A DNA stretch of 64,000 nt from Nemertoderma westbladi. Taxonomy: Eukaryota > Animalia > Xenacoelomorpha. Below are positions 32,638-46,019 of the stretch, in pieces; positions within the stretch are counted from its first letter, which is position 1, and every line of letters begins with the position of its first letter. Under the pieces are notes generated by a model. That model had not been told where the DNA came from. It saw only the letters and a list, made by a program, of their open reading frames with translations, and ran no database searches. Made by a program: the position numbers and the translations under genes. The DNA lies in the NCBI GenBank assembly GCA_032718475.1, contig JAUCBJ010001939.1, positions 9,210 to 73,209 of the forward strand, written 5' to 3'.

Positions 32638-35600
32638 GGAATTGGAATTGGAATTTTTTATTTGACATTAAATCAGTTAAAAACAAGCACTAAAGATAGC
32701 ATTAAATATAACATATGAAGTGTAAGGAAAAGGTAAAGGCAACAAACCAATGTACAGTATGGTATTCAACATGTCCTAGAAAAGTATTTTAACGGAAAAC
32801 AGTACAAAACAAACATCGATAAATAAAACGCAATAATTTTTATTGTCCGTTTAAATCATGCCTAAATAAAATGACCTTCAATAAATTTTAAACACTATTT
32901 ACAACATAATTATGGTAAGACATTTCTATTTCAGGATTTAGGACCAACAAACTTAGTGGATACGAGATGAAAGGTGTAAGTGCAGCAACTATAAAATTAT
33001 TGAAATTTTACTAAAAATTATTGTAATTATGATAAGGAATTTAGGACCATACGAAGACAGTGGATACGAGGTGCAAGGTATAAATAAAAGAAACAACAAC
33101 AGAATAATTATAAAAACGTTCGACACCAATAAAATCTATATTTTATGAACTGTATTTATTTCTATTGTCTTACTAAAAATATTATTTACTGTAGTTATTT
33201 ATAATAAGTTTACCGTTAGAGTTAGAAATTATAAATACACAATGCATATATTATATATACTGAGACTTAATTACAGAGTTAAGCAGTGATTTGCCGTCGA
33301 GGATAACCCCATGAGAATATGTCTCGTTTTCATGAGGGTCCTCACTATATCAGGAAATATTAAAATCGATAAAGGTTCTATGAAGTTGATACATATAGTA
33401 TTATAGTGTGTTACATTTGTACATTATTGCAAATAAGTTTAAGTCGAATTGCAATAATTTAGGAAGAGCTTGAGTGTGATAAAATAAATAATATAAAACA
33501 CAATTAGGCGAATAAATATAAATATTACTAATAACCATGACTAATATCCGTTAAGTTAAAATATTCTGGGCATAGGAGTTTCACTCATAACTTTTAGCAA
33601 GGAGTTTTCCTCCCTTCGGTTATCCCCTCCTCGTAAAATAAAATAAGAACATAAATAAAATAAAAACATAAAATAAAATGAAAACGTACTGTATATACAT
33701 GAAATAGGTATTATCTTAAAAACAATAATTCAATAAACATCATAACCTTTAGGCATATAGAGTTTTCCTCCTCGATCAGTTTGTTAAGCAAGTATGATTT
33801 AACTTTGTGTTTAAAGGTCTCAATTGTTGGGGCGTTTTTTATGTCCGATGGCAACGCATTCCATAGAACTGGTCCCTGATGAGCGAAAGATTCGCAACGA
33901 ACTGTTGTGCGGTGGAAGGGGACAACAGCCTGAGAAACCCCACTACGTAAACGAGCAGAGCTGTCCGAGAAGGTAACCAAGTCCTGCAGGTAGGCTGGGG
34001 ATTGGTGGTTACGAATACGAAACATATGTGTTAGTATTATTTGCTGAACACGTTCCCGTATTGGTAACCAGTTTATCAAAACTAGATCCTCTATACCGAT
34101 GTGGCTACGAGGTCGACGAGACAGACAATACCGTATGCATTTCCGCAATAACGCATCTGCCTGCCTTTTTAGTTGCGATGGGGCACTTATGTACCAGCAA
34201 GGGGTGGCAAAGTCAAGGTGAGGTTGAATCAAAGTATTGACAAGAGGCCGCCGGAGCGATTGAGGGATAGATGCTGAGTTCCGATAGAGGAAGCGGAGTG
34301 TTGCATTTCCTTTACGAATAGCCTTACGAGCAGCCATTTCACCTGACAGTGATGGATCAAGAGGACATCCAAGGAAGTTAACAGTTTTTCCTGCTGGGAG
34401 ACTTTTACCTTGGTAGATTACATTAAAGTTGTCAACATCTGAAAGTCGCTGATGAGTTCCAAAAAGCATAACCTCGAACTTTTCTGGGTGTATGCTTAAA
34501 CGGTTGTTTATTGCCCATGTTGACACTTTCGATAGCTTATTTGCTAATGACTTAGCTATTTCTGCAGGATTTGTGCCAGAAGTAAGTAGGTTAGTGTCAT
34601 CAACATACTTTGGCGATGGGTCTGCTTGTGTATCGACAGCTGTGTTAAAGTCTACCAGAGGATGTGTAAGCAGTTCCATGTTACTTTCTTCTCTAGGATT
34701 GGCTAGCATTACCTTGTTGCTATCTACCACTGGTCCTATTGCTAGGTTGTGCTTGTTGCCCAAGGTCTTCTTGGAATTCGAAGGAGTATGGGTTGTGGCA
34801 TCCAGTGTTTGGGTTAGAGAAGTACCTTCGATGGCGAGGTTAAAGTCGTTAATGTAGTCGAGAAACATTAGCACACCAAGAAGGGACCCTTGTGGAACAC
34901 CTATATCAGTTGATAATACCTGTGATTTAGAGTTTGCAATTTGGACAAATTGAGAGCGACCAGTCAAATATGAGCGGAACCATAAAACAGTAGATTGTGA
35001 AAAGCCAATACATTTAAGTTTATGAAGCAGAAGGTTATGGTCAACTGTATCAAAAGCACGCTGGAGATCTATGGCTACCATTCCGACGAGTTTACCAGAA
35101 TCCATTGCATTCCTTATATAGTTATCTAGAAATAGCAGGGAGGTCTGGACAGAGTGTCCAGGCCTCGAGCCGGATTGGAATTTATCAATAATTTTTGAAG
35201 AGTGGAAGAATTCCATTACTTGGTCAAAAATTACTTTTTCTAGAACCTTGGAGACAATCTGTAACAATGATATAGGTCTGTAATTTGGGCGAATTAGGCG
35301 GTTTGCTTTTTTGTGAACAGGAGTAATCTTGGCAAGTTTGTATATTGTTGGGAAGGTATTATTGGTTATAGAAAGATTCACGATATGTGTGATGTAGGGA
35401 GATAGGGCATTACATCCTTCCTGGAAGATGCGAGGGGGGTTGTTGTCGGGACCTGAGCTTTTGCTAGCATCCAGATTGTTTAGAATTTTGGAAACAGTAG
35501 AAGTGTTAGTATTGGAAAGAGCAAATGAATCTGGTCTTTGTTTATATAGTATTGCTGGACTTCCTCTAAATATTGAGTACTGGGTGGTGGAAGTTTGTCC

Positions 35601-35690
35601 ACAAGCGATTTGGCAATTTGAGTGAAGTACATATTGAATTCATCAGCAATGCATTGGTCATTGTGAATTATTTTGTTATTATCAGTAATG
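32638..35690 (-). mobile_element. 5'-truncated L2-group (Crack/Daphne-like) LINE, copy 2 (different family from copy 1)
   Basis: RT ORF with upstream KSSGPD and IADEFNMYF motifs to ~35690, same 3' UTR hairpin at 33301-33341, AATAAA plus (AATTCC)n tail at ~32638-32663. Confidence 0.8.
33711..35381 (-). CDS. LINE ORF2 reverse transcriptase domain and C-terminus
   Basis: NYRPISLL, IDLQRAFDTVDH, WFRSYL..RSQ, GVPQGS, YVDD, FLG motifs. Confidence 0.88.
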   Translation of the reverse strand: MNLSITNNTFPTIYKLAKITPVHKKANRLIRPNYRPISLLQIVSKVLEKVIFDQVMEFFHSSKIIDKFQSGSRPGHSVQTSLLFLDNYIRNAMDSGKLVGMVAIDLQRAFDTVDHNLLLHKLKCIGFSQSTVLWFRSYLTGRSQFVQIANSKSQVLSTDIGVPQGSLLGVLMFLDYINDFNLAIEGTSLTQTLDATTHTPSNSKKTLGNKHNLAIGPVVDSNKVMLANPREESNMELLTHPLVDFNTAVDTQADPSPKYVDDTNLLTSGTNPAEIAKSLANKLSKVSTWAINNRLSIHPEKFEVMLFGTHQRLSDVDNFNVIYQGKSLPAGKTVNFLGCPLDPSLSGEMAARKAIRKGNATLRFLYRNSASIPQSLRRPLVNTLIQPHLDFATPCWYISAPSQLKRQADALLRKCIRYCLSRRPRSHIGIEDLVLINWLPIRERVQQIILTHMFRIRNHQSPAYLQDLVTFSDSSARLRSGVSQAVVPFHRTTVRCESFAHQGPVLWNALPSDIKNAPTIETFKHKVKSYLLNKLIEEENSICLKVMMFIELLFLR

Positions 35691-36205
35691 TACTGATAAT
35701 TCGCTTTAAACTAATTACCACAATACATATTGAGATTGACCCAACCTTTTAAACTCAATCGTTTTAAACTATTATCTCTGTTATAACAATGTCGATTGAA
35801 ACTAAATTTTGACCCTCATGGAAACGGGGCAAGCACCTCATGAGGCTATCCATACACTGTAACATAATAAATTCGACAATTGTATACGTTATTAGACTTA
35901 GTTTAGCACCGTAAATTAATTTATCTGTCTTATTATTTAATACTTTTATTAATTTACCGTACTTTTTTGACATAGGCCTACTGTATTTTCTTATACTGTA
36001 CTTTGAAATCATATCGATGCTTATGTAATTATCTTCCTGTATGTATATATTTTATTCAAAGTATATCTTTGTAAATAGGTCACACCATAACTAATGAGCC
36101 ACCACCTGATATATCGTAATTGTCTTACTGTATCGTATATTTATTTAAATTGTATGTGTCTTTTATTAATGGTACCGTAAACTTTGTACTTATAGTGTTA
36201 AAAAA

Positions 36206-36236
<31 letters not shown>

Positions 36237-36284
36237 CTTAAGAAAAAAAATAAAAAAAATTATTTTGGCCTATCAAGTAGGTAT

Positions 36285-37902
36285 GTGTGGGGCGAGCCAC
36301 GAAGTGAGTGAGCCTTAGCGTAGTGGTACCATTAATCAACCTGTCGTTCTGTCGCGTCCAATTTTAAACGTTAATAACTCAGCCAATCTTTGATGAAATC
36401 TACCCAAACTTGGTACACATGTTGTTTGGCAAAAGTTTAGAAATTTTCCAAGTAGAATTTCCGTGTGGCCTTCGAGAAGCTAAGATAATAGCAGTTAATT
36501 AGTTAATTAAGTTGATTACGGTAAAAACACCATTTTCAACCTGCCTTTTAAAGGAAATTAATTGTTTTACAGTATAAGATTTAAATAATTATACTTAAAA
36601 ATTATACAGATGTAATCCACATACGCCATTCTATTATAGTTTTTAATTAGTTCAAGTGATTTGCTTTATTAATTGTGTCTTTAATTGATCTAAAGTAATT
36701 AAAACGTCATAAAAAATTGATTCTCATTAAATACTGCTCATTTATTGGCTAACATGCTGGTACGATGGAAGGATGTGTGTGTAAGGCAGCTATTTGCTGG
36801 GAATGATTATTGGTCAAGTCTCTGCTGGTGTGGAGCTAGCTGGCTTGGAGTTGTGGCTGTAGACTAACCAGAGAGGAATTGTACTGTAATAGGCAACCAG
36901 TATTGCTATTCCAGCCCAGACATCATTCTTGAAATCCAACATCCCAACATCCTTCCTGTATTGACTCTACTATAAGTGTTGTATTGCTATCTCAGGTAAA
37001 TGACAGATATAATAACATAAATACAATCCATGGCATGGCTGTTGTGTAGGCTTCTGAAATAGTTTATTCCACAATGTATATGTCTGGTTATTTTTTAATT
37101 GAATTTTTGCAAAGTAGTAAAATTAATGTTCTTAAAAATAATATTATTATTTTATATGTAACCTAGGAAATTAGCTACATTTTTTCGCTGCAGCTTTAAG
37201 AGTGTACATTGATTTAATATTATTTCAATACCCATATTACTACATCGGCATAAGATGCGTTGGCGTTGTATCACACATCTCCACATATCACACATCTCCA
37301 CATAGATGTATCAACAGTTACTCGCACAGTTTCGAAACTTCGCATAGTTATAACTGTATAAAGATCGTCAGTCTGCGTTTAGGAAAAATATTTTATGACA
37401 AAACAGGACAAGCGACGAGCGCAACGAGGCATATAATGAAGACGAGTACTGCGTTGACTAAATTGTTATATAAACCACCTGGCTTCACATATTGATCGCA
37501 TCCCTAGTTATTATTATTATAAAGATCGTCCTAGCCTGCGTTTAAGAAATATATTTAAATACAAAACAGGACGAACGCAAAGAGGCTTATAATGAAAACG
37601 AGTACTGCGTTTATTATATTCCTATAAACCACCTGGCTTTGCATATTTAACGTGCGATTGGAAATAAGTTCGTGCTACCCTTCCGTGGGTGGTAGATGTC
37701 GCGGTTATGTATTGGTGGGTGGGGGGAGGGGGGGGGGGGATGTGCAGATTAAAAGGGGTGAACACGTACTGTCCCCCTTTCTTTGATTAATTGGTGGTGT
37801 GGGTTAATATCTCATAACCTGATTTTGTGATACAGTCGCACAATTTTAATTTGTATCTCATAACTGGGCCTCGTGCTGCGCGAAGGCCCCACGAACGTGT
37901 AA
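36285..37902 (+). mobile_element. Long copy of a non-autonomous MITE/HINE-like element
   Basis: Left end gtgtggggcgagccacgaagtgag...taataactc...aaacttggta and right end cgtgctgcgcgaaggccccacgaacgtgtaa both match the ends of 50847-51178; internal ~160-bp tandem duplication at 37360-37647. Confidence 0.6.
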
Positions 37903-38049
37903 TATTTGACGCGTTTGCATACTATGTCATGGAATATAGTGTCGTTATTCCGGTATTCGTTATTAAATTTATTGTGATATAAACTAATCGGGCGGGGAGG
38001 TATTCTAGCTTCAAGTAAAATCTTTGTAGTTTTCTCTTGAATGAATTCC

Positions 38050-38375
38050 ACCTGTCGGCGCCGAAAAAGAAAAAGCCCTGGCACCGTAGTGCAGTATGTT
38101 ATACCTGGGGTTAACCAATAGATTTTGGTTTCTCGAACGTAGGTCTCTGGGAGGATTGTAGCGCACAAGCAAGTCACTCAAGTAATCAGGAGCGAGTCCA
38201 TTTAGGCTTTTGTATGTCAATAGGGCTATTTTATATTCAATGCGTCGTGATACCGGAGAGATACTGGAGATTTCTTAGTACTGGGTTCATGTGCTTGTGG
38301 TCCCGCTTTTTAATTCCATTAGACGAGCGGCACTACAATCAACAAACAACATCCTGCAATCTCTTGATGTGATGT
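38050..38375 (-). mobile_element. L2/CR1-type LINE 3' fragment
   Basis: YKSLNGLAPDYLSDLL..Y.P.RDLRS...GARAFSFSAP, a typical ORF2 C-terminus. Confidence 0.75.
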
Positions 38376-40282
38376 TTTACTTCCAAAAGTTCCGTAAACT
38401 GGTCTGCTCAACCACTAGTATCGGTGTTCGGTACCCAACTACCCAAACATATTGACCAATCAGCCAATATATGTAGTTCCGAATTCCGACATGGCCATGA
38501 AGATGACAAAGCCAAAATTCGGCAGTCTTTGTGAAAATGTTTTGGCAAAAACCGAGCGAGGTTGGACAGTGGGTCTGAAAATTTACTCGGGCATCCTTTA
38601 TGGACGACCCCGAAGCTCGAGCTATTTCCCAACCAAATTCAAATGTTTTTTTACATATTTGGAATCCTTGCACGGCCAGTGTCACTGTAGGGTCACTGTC
38701 GGGTTGAAGAATGAAGAATAACTGCACTGTGACTGATGCAATTTCGCCGGAGACACTATTTTCAAGCTATGTTCTACCCCCCACCCCCCCCCCCCCCCCC
38801 CCCACAATAAAACGACCTAATTCACCTAATTTGGATTGAGATGGGAATTGTGCTCGATTGAGACGACAACCAGGCTGACTGCGTGGATTACTGGAACAGT
38901 AGCAACAATCAGCACATCCCGCCCTGTGAAGATCACCAGTTTTTCACCTTTCGGTTGGAATTTGATTGACAATTTATATATGAAGAATTTATATTTTTTT
39001 TACTTTATCTTTATTCAGTTTTTTTTATGCGCTTATTTCGGGACGCAGCAAACTTCGGCGAAGGTTGGACGCGCGCGAAGATTTCCCGCGGGCGAAGATT
39101 GCATCCAACCCCAATTTCTTTCTTTATAACTAGTAAAGATTATAATTCGTTTATTGTTTTGGTTAGCTTCAGCCCTTCTTATGTAGCCGGGGTTTTTCGT
39201 GTAAACCTGCTATTTTTCGCGTCGGGGTTAACAGCAAAGTGAAATATAACAACATAAAATAATTATTATAGGAACTGGGGTCTTGTCTTAACCTCGGATG
39301 ATAGTTAATTTTACCGAAAATAACTACAGCTTGTCAACACTTTGTTACTATTAACATAAAATCTGGTACACTTCATAGCCCCCCCCCCCCCCCCCCCCCC
39401 CCCCAACGATTGCTATTTATTATGACTGACAGCTGGTCCAGTTACGGTTTATTTATCTTATGCTTATGATTGTTGTGCTTCAAGCTTGATGATGTATGAT
39501 ACCATTCAGATGAATAAATACAATAAAACAAAATAAATTGCGATGGGAAATGTTTTCGAAATCCTTACAGTATACTGTCTCCTGTCTCAGTGCTGACAAT
39601 GTAATTCAACAACCAGGTCAATTAAAGACCAATCAGTACGTATCCTATCACCAATTAGAAATTTCGGCACTTATAAATGGCGGAAACTGGCGGAAATGGC
39701 GGAAACTTATATAGATAGTGGAAATGCCAATGATCCAAAAAGTTTGAAAAATTATTTTAGAATGTCGGTAATGCCAAGAGGTTGGTATCAAATTGCCCCG
39801 GTGTCAACCAACATAGCTAAACATTTATTTGTTTTACTCTTTCACAGTACACCATATTCGATATTGGTTATATAATTTCAATACCACGACATCTCTGAAT
39901 TACTAACTCTTTATTTTGCACTCTAGTCTAAAGGCAAATATAAATAACCGGTAATCAAGTATATAAATATATATAATAATATAACACGACTGGCACTGCA
40001 TGATCTATGGCCTACATATGACATACAGGAGACCAACACCCGCTGGCAAACACCGGAACCAATCAAGCAGTTAGTTACAACGGTGGGTACCGGTCCCATC
40101 TTTGTTTGCTTCTAGTTGGTTGTTAGTTCTTTAGTTATCCACAAAAAAAATAACAATCATCACGAGTCACGACTATAGTCAATCAATATCAAACCATAAC
40201 CATAAAAACAGTTCACCAGTAAGGTATTTTTCTCCGATGATCTCGGGAAAACAAAACGCAGTAAGGAAATCGGATTGCCGCA

Positions 40283-40489
40283 TTATGATCCAACGATGAT
40301 ATTGTTAATCGGAATATGGATTAGTTTAACGAAGAACCCAATGAATCCCATGATAGCGAATCCTATCGCTGTTGCCATGGCAATCTTCTGGTACTCTTTC
40401 CTGTCTGGCTTTGTGCATCTCTTAACAAGTCTCCATGAATCCTTGAGAAACTGCTTCGCTGGTTCGATGACAGGCGTTATTTGATCCAT
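40283..40489 (-). CDS. SEC61G: Protein transport protein Sec61 gamma (68 aa), intronless CDS nested in PYG intron 12
   Basis: MDQ...[57 protein letters not shown]; true start is the MDQ ATG at 40489. Confidence 0.97.
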   Translation of the reverse strand: MDQITPVIEPAKQFLKDSWRLVKRCTKPDRKEYQKIAMATAIGFAIMGFIGFFVKLIHIPINNIIVGS

Positions 40490-40559
40490 AATGCAGTAAA
40501 TCGTATATGAAATATTAACAATTATCACTCAGTATCTATCTATAGGGCCTAATAGTATG

Positions 40560-41500
40560 TAGTATATGATTCCTACAGGACCATTGGACAGGTCCAGCGG
40601 TTTTTTGTACAACTTGCTTAACTACTTAATGCACCTACAACTGTACAACACATGTACACTGAACAACTGTACAACTCTCTATTACAACATATGTCAGTAT
40701 GTATGTTGTATTCTGTACTGCTGTAGGCTGTATGCTGCTATGCAGTATGCTCATGCTACGCTACCGGCTGACCTGCTGACTTGCCTGCCTGCTGACCTGG
40801 CTATACAGCTCCATTGATGCCCCCCCCCCCCCCCCCCCCCTGCTTGCTATACAGCAGTGCTGCAGTGAGCAGATACCAGGCCAGGATACAGTGCTGTCTG
40901 GCCTGCTGGCTGTGCTGCAGTTGCAGTACAGCAGTAACCTGGTAACTTACCGGCTGACCGGTAGGCCTGGCATAACCCCATAACTGCACAACTAACGTGT
41001 AACGTGTAACGGCACCAACGGCCACCCTACCGGCAACCGCAAACGGTAACGTCCGCGTCCAAAAACGCACCGGCAGACCGGTCAGCCGGTACCGCCGTAC
41101 CGGTACCGCACAGCTGCACAGCCGCAGCACTGCACGCCACCACATCGAAACCACACGCGCATCACTCACCTCACCAGACAAGACAGCCAGACCAGACTGC
41201 TGGACTGACTGAAAGAGCACAAGCACACCCAACAAAGCAACAGCAAACCCCCCGAACCAAGTTACCCCAGGTACCCGGTACCCCTAATGCTGTAATGCCT
41301 ACTGGCCTAACTCCACCCACTCCACACTCCAGCACTCAGACACCAGCCTAAGCCAGTAAGCTAAGAAAGACCAAAAGTCTGAAGTCAATACCAGCTGACC
41401 GGTAATACAAAACAACCTAAACAGCTAAACGCAAACGTCACCTTACTTACAGCCTTATCAGTACACAGTAGGCCTACAGAGTAGTTAGTACCGCTATTAT
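40560..41500. promoter_or_regulatory. Probable promoter / 5' region of SEC61G, possibly bidirectional
   Basis: CpG-rich island with many ACCGGT/GGTACC/TAGGCCT palindromes, compositionally like the DNA around the PYG, EXOSC3 and RBCK1 starts. Confidence 0.45.
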
Positions 41501-42116
41501 ACTTACATCCTAAATGGTGTAAAGAACTTAATTTTGCGAAGACTTAATTTAAATGTGTGACGTGGAAGTAAATTTAAATGTGTGTGATAAGTAAGTTTGA
41601 CCTTGTACTGCATGTGACATGTGCAACGTAAATCATCAATTAATGGAGACATTACAACACTTGCATTTTATAACTGGTCCGACCTCTGGTTCTTTCTAGC
41701 AACTGTATAATGAATGTGAATTAATATTTGGATCACTTACTGGTAAACGCCTTGACGAAGTCATGTAGTTGTAGATTATATCCCTTTGTTGCTATATACC
41801 AGTACATAGAGGTGGGTGGTTCGCACGTTTATAGTTCAAAAGGCATGTTCTTTGAATAACCAGCCAGCCCCATATAACGAAAAAATATGAAATTTTAATG
41901 ATAACGTCCATTATAGCAACATGAACCCGAAGTTTGGTTAAACTTTAATAATGAAGAACGAGTAATCTAATGCTGGGTCCACTAAGTCCACTGTGGTAAT
42001 TTGAGGTTTTTGGGGTTTATTACTTGAAAGCCAGCAAGCTGGCTGGAAGGTGCCCGGGGGAAGAATCATAGCCAAGACTAATTCAAATGAACTATGTCAG
42101 TCAGCAGTAAGTAAAC

Positions 42117-42893
42117 TTTACGCTGGAGCAGGTTGCTTCTAGTGTTGATCTTTTTGTAAATTCCAAGAAGACCAAAATCATGACAGTCAACCTAGACAGC
42201 CCTCAAGAAATGTCTGATCGTAGGGGCATAAGCTCTAAGGATGGCTTGCTTGAGCACGTGGATGACTTCTGCTACTTGGATCAGAAAGTCAGGTGAAGAC
42301 CTTCGGATATGTAATGGGATGGCATCACTGGGCAGCCTTGAATAGTCTGTCCAGGATTTGGAAGTCCCATAGAATAAAACGGAACCTTAAGGTTCGATTA
42401 TTTATGGCTGTAGTAGTACCAGTACTCTTTCTTATATGGAACTCCGACTCCATGCTGGGCTCTAACTGCAGAGGATACCAAATCTCTGGATGACACTTTA
42501 ACAATAATAGTTCCATTGTGTCAAGTACAATGAACACATCTCCAATTAGACTCTACACAACATTGGAGGTTTTTCATTTGTCTCCCCTAGCTTGACACTT
42601 GAACGGAACCGCCTCCGCTTTGCAGGACATTACTTCGCCGTGAGGACCAGCCAGTGCATAATCTTGTACTTTGGCAGCCTCATGGAGTGAATAAGCACGA
42701 TGGACAGCCCATGACTTTCTTGATTCGCATCTAAAGGACACTTGCCTTGAAGATGCGATGATCTATAGCAAACGTCATGGGTGATAGGGAGTTGTGGCGG
42801 CGCAATTTTGTCGACAAGCCGGCGCAGCATTCTTAATATATATGTAATATATATATAATGCAGCTGCAATGCAGCATGCCGATCGTAGTAGTA
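42117..42893 (+). mobile_element. RTE-clade LINE 3' part, older degenerate copy
   Basis: Homologous to 54500-55269 with indels; ends gcagcatgccgatcgtagtagta. Confidence 0.85.
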
Positions 42894-43035
42894 AGTAAAC
42901 TAAACAATTGTCTTAACTGTAAGTCGTGAGAGGCTAGATGACTTTGTGGCTCGTCCCACATAATAAAAAATGAAACTTTGCTACCACTAACAAAAATATA
43001 ATGTGAAGCAAATAATTTCATTATCAAGCATGTTC

Positions 43036-43740
43036 ACAGTTAACTTTGAAAGTCTTCAGCAACTCTCTGATCGGATGAGCATAAGCTCAAAGGATGGTAT
43101 GCTTGAGCATGTGGACGACTTCTGTTACCTGGGATCATGGATCCGGAAGTCAGGTGAGGACCTTCGAATACGTAAGGGAAAGGCATGGGGGCAGCCTTGA
43201 ATAGGCTTTCCAGGATGGAAGTCACCGAGAATTAATCGGAAACTTAAGGTCCGATTATTTAGAGCAGCAGTAGTTCCAGTACTCCTCTATAGGAGTCCAT
43301 GCTGGACTCTAACTGCTGAGGACACCAAATCTCTGGATGGCACATTCACAAGAATGCTTGCTACGCCGGGTTCATTTTGTCAAGTACAATGCACACATCT
43401 CCAACCAGACACTATATAACATTGGAGGTGTCTCATTGGTTCCCCCAAGCTTGACACTAGAACAAAATCGCCTCCGCTTTGCAGGACATTGCTTTCGCCG
43501 TGAGGACCAGCCAGTGCATAATCTTGTACTTTGGCAGCCTCATGGAGTGAATAAGCATGGTGGACAGCCCATGACTTTCTTGAGACGCATCTTAAAGGAC
43601 ACTGGCCTTGAAGATGCGGATGATCTAGCAAATGTCATGGGTGATAGGGAGTTGTGGCGGCGCAATTTTGTCGACAAGCCGGCACAGCATTCTTAAAATT
43701 GCAGCTGCAATGAAGCATGCCGATCCTAGTAGTAGTAGTA
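43036..43740 (+). mobile_element. RTE-clade LINE 3' part, young copy
   Basis: Near-identical to 54570-55269; LRFAGHCFR motif; (TAG)n tail. Confidence 0.9.
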
Positions 43741-46019
43741 TGTTTACAAGATATAAATAAGATTACCGAATATTTATAAAAAAATGCCATGATGCACAAC
43801 CAACCGGATAAATAACAACGAATAGTGCCAAATAATAAATTTAGTATTACCCATATTACCCGGTCAGCTGAATATCTCTTCCCAGTGAATCCTATGTGTA
43901 TTTCTATAAGGTTACTCACTGCTAAGTTAGGTGGCAGGCCAGCTGATTGAATTATTAGCACAGGGCCCTTCAAATGTTAGATTCATAATGGCATCTAGGG
44001 GCTGGGATTACTCTCTCAGACTGTAAACAAAGCTGTTCAATGGTGAGGGAACCAACTACACTACGTTTGTCTATGGACGGTCTTCTCATAGACAGCTTGC
44101 TGGGTTTTCAAGTTAATTAATAGGGCTGCCTTTGATGTATTCTATGGGTTAGGCCCTCCCAATAATACTCCTAAAGCCAACTCTATGTATTCCTTTGTCT
44201 ATGTCTAAGTATGTCTAAGTACATTTAATTTCGCGACAAAATAATATCAAAAATCGAAATATATCGAATACCACACATAGTATCGATCTGAAATTTTGTA
44301 ACGCAAAGCAATTTACTTGCAAAATCACTACTGTTTTTATCAATTCATTGATATACAATGACCTACTATAAATATATATCTTTAGTAGGTCATGAATAGA
44401 CATTAAAATATATCTAAATAATAATTTATAATTATTTGACGACGTGTTAATTCAGAACCTGGTCAGATTTTTTTTTATATAAAAATAGTTTATTTTATAT
44501 AATCGCCGCTCAACATTTTTTTCATGAGATAGAAAGAGAGATGAATTTACAACGTCTACTACATATACCGCTTGTTTGATTCAAGCAAGGCATTTTATTT
44601 CCACTTTGAATTTTTCCAATCCTATCTGGTTTTCTTTGTAGCCTGCGAAAGTTTGAACCAATGTTGAGTGGCAGTCCTGGTGGTACATCATAATTCATTA
44701 TAATTACCGAGGGGCATCTATATTGAATCGTTAATTAGGAGTACGAGACGCCAGGGGCAACCGGAATGCCCACTATTGGTTGATGTTAAGGATGAACTTC
44801 GTATTATAATTGCTCATCAACTCCCTTCGTATTCAGTTTACCTGACATGGACACAATATCGTTGAATGACCTCTTATTTCATATCTCTAAGCTTTTATTG
44901 ATGAATTTGTTTGATTTACGTCACATTATATTGTTATCTCTACCATACTTCAACATAGATGATTTGTAAAACTATGATGGGACTTTGCCATGGAGCCAAC
45001 GCCCCAAATATTACATTAAATTGACTGCAGTGGTCAACCAATCACATGTGGCAATGCTGCACTGTCTGGAGTTAATCCCTTTTTTTTAAATGTACCAGAT
45101 TTTATCTGAGAAACTTTTAGTCTTTTTTCGTGGCGCGTATTATAATTATAAGGCCAATCACAGCCAATCATATGAGTTTTATTGATAATAATAAGTGGAC
45201 TTTATGATTGAAAGAATGCCTTACTTAACATTTGTTCATACTCGAATGTTCTGGGATTTGAAACTTCATAAGGCAATATAGATAACAATCGTTACATACC
45301 TACCTGGCTTGTTTGATTTACATAATTATCTCTAGTCACATAAAATAAAACATACAAATTATTATCCTCGCTGTTCATTAATCCAATTAACTTTGAACTT
45401 AAAAATGTCAGTGCATATTTTCTAGAGTGTAGCGCATAATGTCAGGGTGGATTGAAATTATTTTTTCTCTTAATTTAAGTTTTCTCTTCTTTGAAAATTG
45501 GCTCAAGTATAAGAACAACTGATTTAACACAATTGACAACTTTCACGTTTGACAAACTGCCCCATAAAATTACACTTGTGATTTGTGGAGACGGGGGGGG
45601 GGGGGGGGGGGGGGGATTGATTTAGGGAAAGGAGCAGGTTACAGTGGCACGTTATTTTAATCCAAACAATAAACTAAACACAATAGAACAGGTTACAGTT
45701 TTATTTTTGAGAGTAATCAACTGTTATTTGAGTCGAATTTCCCCTGGAGAGGGATGGATTTTTAATGCGTCCAGTTTACCCCCCCTCCCTATCTGGATTT
45801 AACACAATTGACAACTTTCACGTTTGACAAACTGCTCCATAAAATTACACTTGTGATTTGTGATGAAAAAGGTCAAATTAACCAAATTGATTCATTATCA
45901 ATTTCTCTTCTTAGAATTGATTAAGCTTGAGTTACGAAGCTGTAATATATTTATATATTTTTTTTGAGTGAGCCCTGCAATAAAGCGATAATAGATCAAC
46001 AATAGCTCGGAAAATAGCG

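Noticed and set aside
38377-39242. ORFs and GC-rich ttcgcc/ggcgaa motifs as a gene or defined transposon
   Set aside because: Probably a decayed DNA-transposon remnant, but I could not define termini or a protein family.
40490-40528. N-terminal extension of SEC61G in the ORF track
   Set aside because: Non-ATG start; the conserved 68-aa protein begins at MDQ (40489).
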